DNA from: a virus
Direction: 5' to 3' (one strand)
DNA length: 36,581 nucleotides
IMG/VR virus record: IMGVR_UViG_3300045988_108325
Location: 1-36,581 of that record
Shown one piece after another: positions 35,131 to 36,581 of the stretch; positions within the stretch are counted from its first letter, which is position 1; every line of letters starts with the position of its first letter. A model generated the notes under the pieces. That model saw nothing but the letters and a program-made list of their open reading frames with translations, ran no database searches and was not told the DNA's origin. The translations under genes were made by a program, and so were the position numbers.

Positions 35131-36581
35131 ATGCAATTTAAAAAATTCTTATATAATGGTTACGTTTCCCTTGTTCTACAAGTAGAAGAAACGAATATCG
35201 ACAAATTAAACAACAAAAGTACAATTGAGTGGATTCTATGGATTCAGAGAGAAAGCGCATATACTTACGACCTGAACAACGGAAGTAAGGCGAGCGTGCA
35301 AATTGGCGATGATGTAGTATTTAATCAATATGTATCTCATGATTTGAGAAATAAAGATAAAGAGGAACTCGGAAGAGGTACGAAAGAAATCTTACACGAC
35401 GATAACGGCGAAAAATCTATCACGGTTTGGGCTAGAATGTTAGAGGTCGCAGGTTTAGCCGATATCGATTGGTTCAGCGGAACAGTCACATTGACTAAAA
35501 TTGAAAGGGAAAGTCAAATTAAAAAAGTGATTGCTACTGAACTTGGGCAACCTGTCGAAATCCAAATAGACAGAAAAGTTCCTGATTTTCGTCATCAAGC
35601 GTGGTATCGTATCAACGGTTCAGGGTGGTTTGATTTAGGCGATAAGATAGCATACGCAAAAATGTTTGTGCCGTCCGTTGACTTAGCAACTCACATCCCC
35701 AATAGTGATACTGGTGTCATTGATGTGTGTGTAAGAACGTATCTAGGAGATAAGCAGATTGGGAATGATGTATATGTACGAGATACGAAAATTAAAGTTC
35801 CTGAAAGCGTTGTTCCAACCATCGAGAATATGACGGTAAGCGAATTTAATAATAAAGTCGCAAGATTAATGCCTCAAAACGAGTATTTAACGACTGTATC
35901 TCACATCAAAGCTGAAATCATAGGCGCAAATGCCGTTCTAGGGGCTACAATTTCGACTTTTAAAATCAGGATGGGTTCTAGTGTCGCTTATTACAAAGAG
36001 GGCTATTTTAGACCTGATAAGGCAGGAACGTTTGATATTATAGGAGAGGTCACTGATAGCCGAGGGCGTGTTGCGAGAGTAACGAAAAGTGTTAAAATTC
36101 ACGACTATAAGACGCCTAAAATCAATGTGTTTCTTCCTTTGAGGTCAGGAAATGGAACTAACAAGAATGTTAAGGCTCAAACGAGTATAACAGTTAGTGA
36201 TGTTAGGATAAATGGGCGCTCTATCAATGAATATAGAGTACAAGTCGAGTATTTAAGCAATGGTTCCCCACAATGGACTACTGCTTTAAACGAAACGTCA
36301 ACGCAACCGAATTATGTAAAAACTATTGATTTAGGAAGCATGTACGAGCTTTCGCAATCTTACGATTTCACGTTAACTGTAAACGATAAATTTGGTTATC
36401 CAGTCAGTGCGACATGGCACGTAAGACCGTCTAGAGTCTTAGCCGTATTTTCAAGAAACGGCTTCCATTTAGGGGAAATGCCCGAGGAAAACGAAAAAGA
36501 CATGTTCACATCGGCGCTACCTGCCAAATTCAAGAACACGGTAAGTTTTGATAATGATGTATTTTACAAGACCAATCGAAT
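35131..36581 (+). CDS. 5' portion of the receptor-binding / tail-fibre protein gene; no stop within the window; continues in frame into 1..644
   Basis: RBS GGGAGG 10 nt before ATG 35131. The frame is open to the window end and the frame arithmetic matches the 1..644 segment. Confidence 0.75.
   Translation, partial: MQFKKFLYNGYVSLVLQVEETNIDKLNNKSTIEWILWIQRESAYTYDLNNGSKASVQIGDDVVFNQYVSHDLRNKDKEELGRGTKEILHDDNGEKSITVWARMLEVAGLADIDWFSGTVTLTKIERESQIKKVIATELGQPVEIQIDRKVPDFRHQAWYRINGSGWFDLGDKIAYAKMFVPSVDLATHIPNSDTGVIDVCVRTYLGDKQIGNDVYVRDTKIKVPESVVPTIENMTVSEFNNKVARLMPQNEYLTTVSHIKAEIIGANAVLGATISTFKIRMGSSVAYYKEGYFRPDKAGTFDIIGEVTDSRGRVARVTKSVKIHDYKTPKINVFLPLRSGNGTNKNVKAQTSITVSDVRINGRSINEYRVQVEYLSNGSPQWTTALNETSTQPNYVKTIDLGSMYELSQSYDFTLTVNDKFGYPVSATWHVRPSRVLAVFSRNGFHLGEMPEENEKDMFTSALPAKFKNTVSFDNDVFYKTNR
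36527..36581. repeat. exact 55-bp duplicate of positions 1-55 (circular-assembly overlap)
   Basis: Base-by-base identity over 55 of 55 positions. Confidence 0.95.

Noticed and set aside
644-35131. Diversity-generating retroelement targeting the tail-fibre C-terminus
   Set aside because: No reverse transcriptase gene and no template/variable repeat pair were found anywhere in the genome.
36527-36581. Biological direct terminal repeat
   Set aside because: An exact length of 55 bp matches the common assembler k-mer size. A pac-type TerS/TerL is present, which argues for headful packaging, not short exact DTRs.

Overview
The window is a complete, circularly closed dsDNA phage genome of about 36.5 kb with low GC content. 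Bases 36527-36581 are an exact copy of bases 1-55, so the unique length is 36,526 bp and the gene starting at 35131 continues in frame into 1..644. Every credible gene is on the + strand. The architecture is a pac-type Sfi11-like siphovirus of Firmicutes. The endolysin is an Amidase_2 domain fused to pneumococcal-type choline-binding repeats, with a C-terminus almost identical in pattern to LytA and Pal, which points to a host in the Streptococcus mitis/pneumoniae group. The late operon (18405 through the origin to 2659) encodes a ParB-DNA methyltransferase fusion, TerS, TerL, portal, minor head protein, scaffold, major capsid, connectors, major tail protein, chaperones, tape measure, Dit, Tal, a receptor-binding/tail-fibre protein, two holin-like proteins and the endolysin. 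The early/middle region (2734-17959) is driven by five near-identical sigma-A promoters, two of them directly preceded by strong intrinsic terminators. It carries a recombination/replication module (ERF, a DnaD-like initiator with internal 21-bp iterons, RusA and SSB). It also carries an unusual accessory block that contains a hexapeptide-repeat beta-helix protein, three paralogous ~160-aa proteins, tandem paralogous small membrane proteins and paralogous short ORFs. I found no integrase, repressor, divergent lysogeny module, CRISPR array or rRNA. A 445-bp non-coding region (17960-18404) between the early and late blocks holds two strong terminators flanking a structured segment with a tRNA-like T-arm hairpin, followed by a third terminator-like hairpin 13 nt before the late-operon RBS. 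Possible lesions are a G8 homopolymer that frameshifts the ParB-MTase gene and an in-frame TGA in a 121-codon ORF at 11318-11683.
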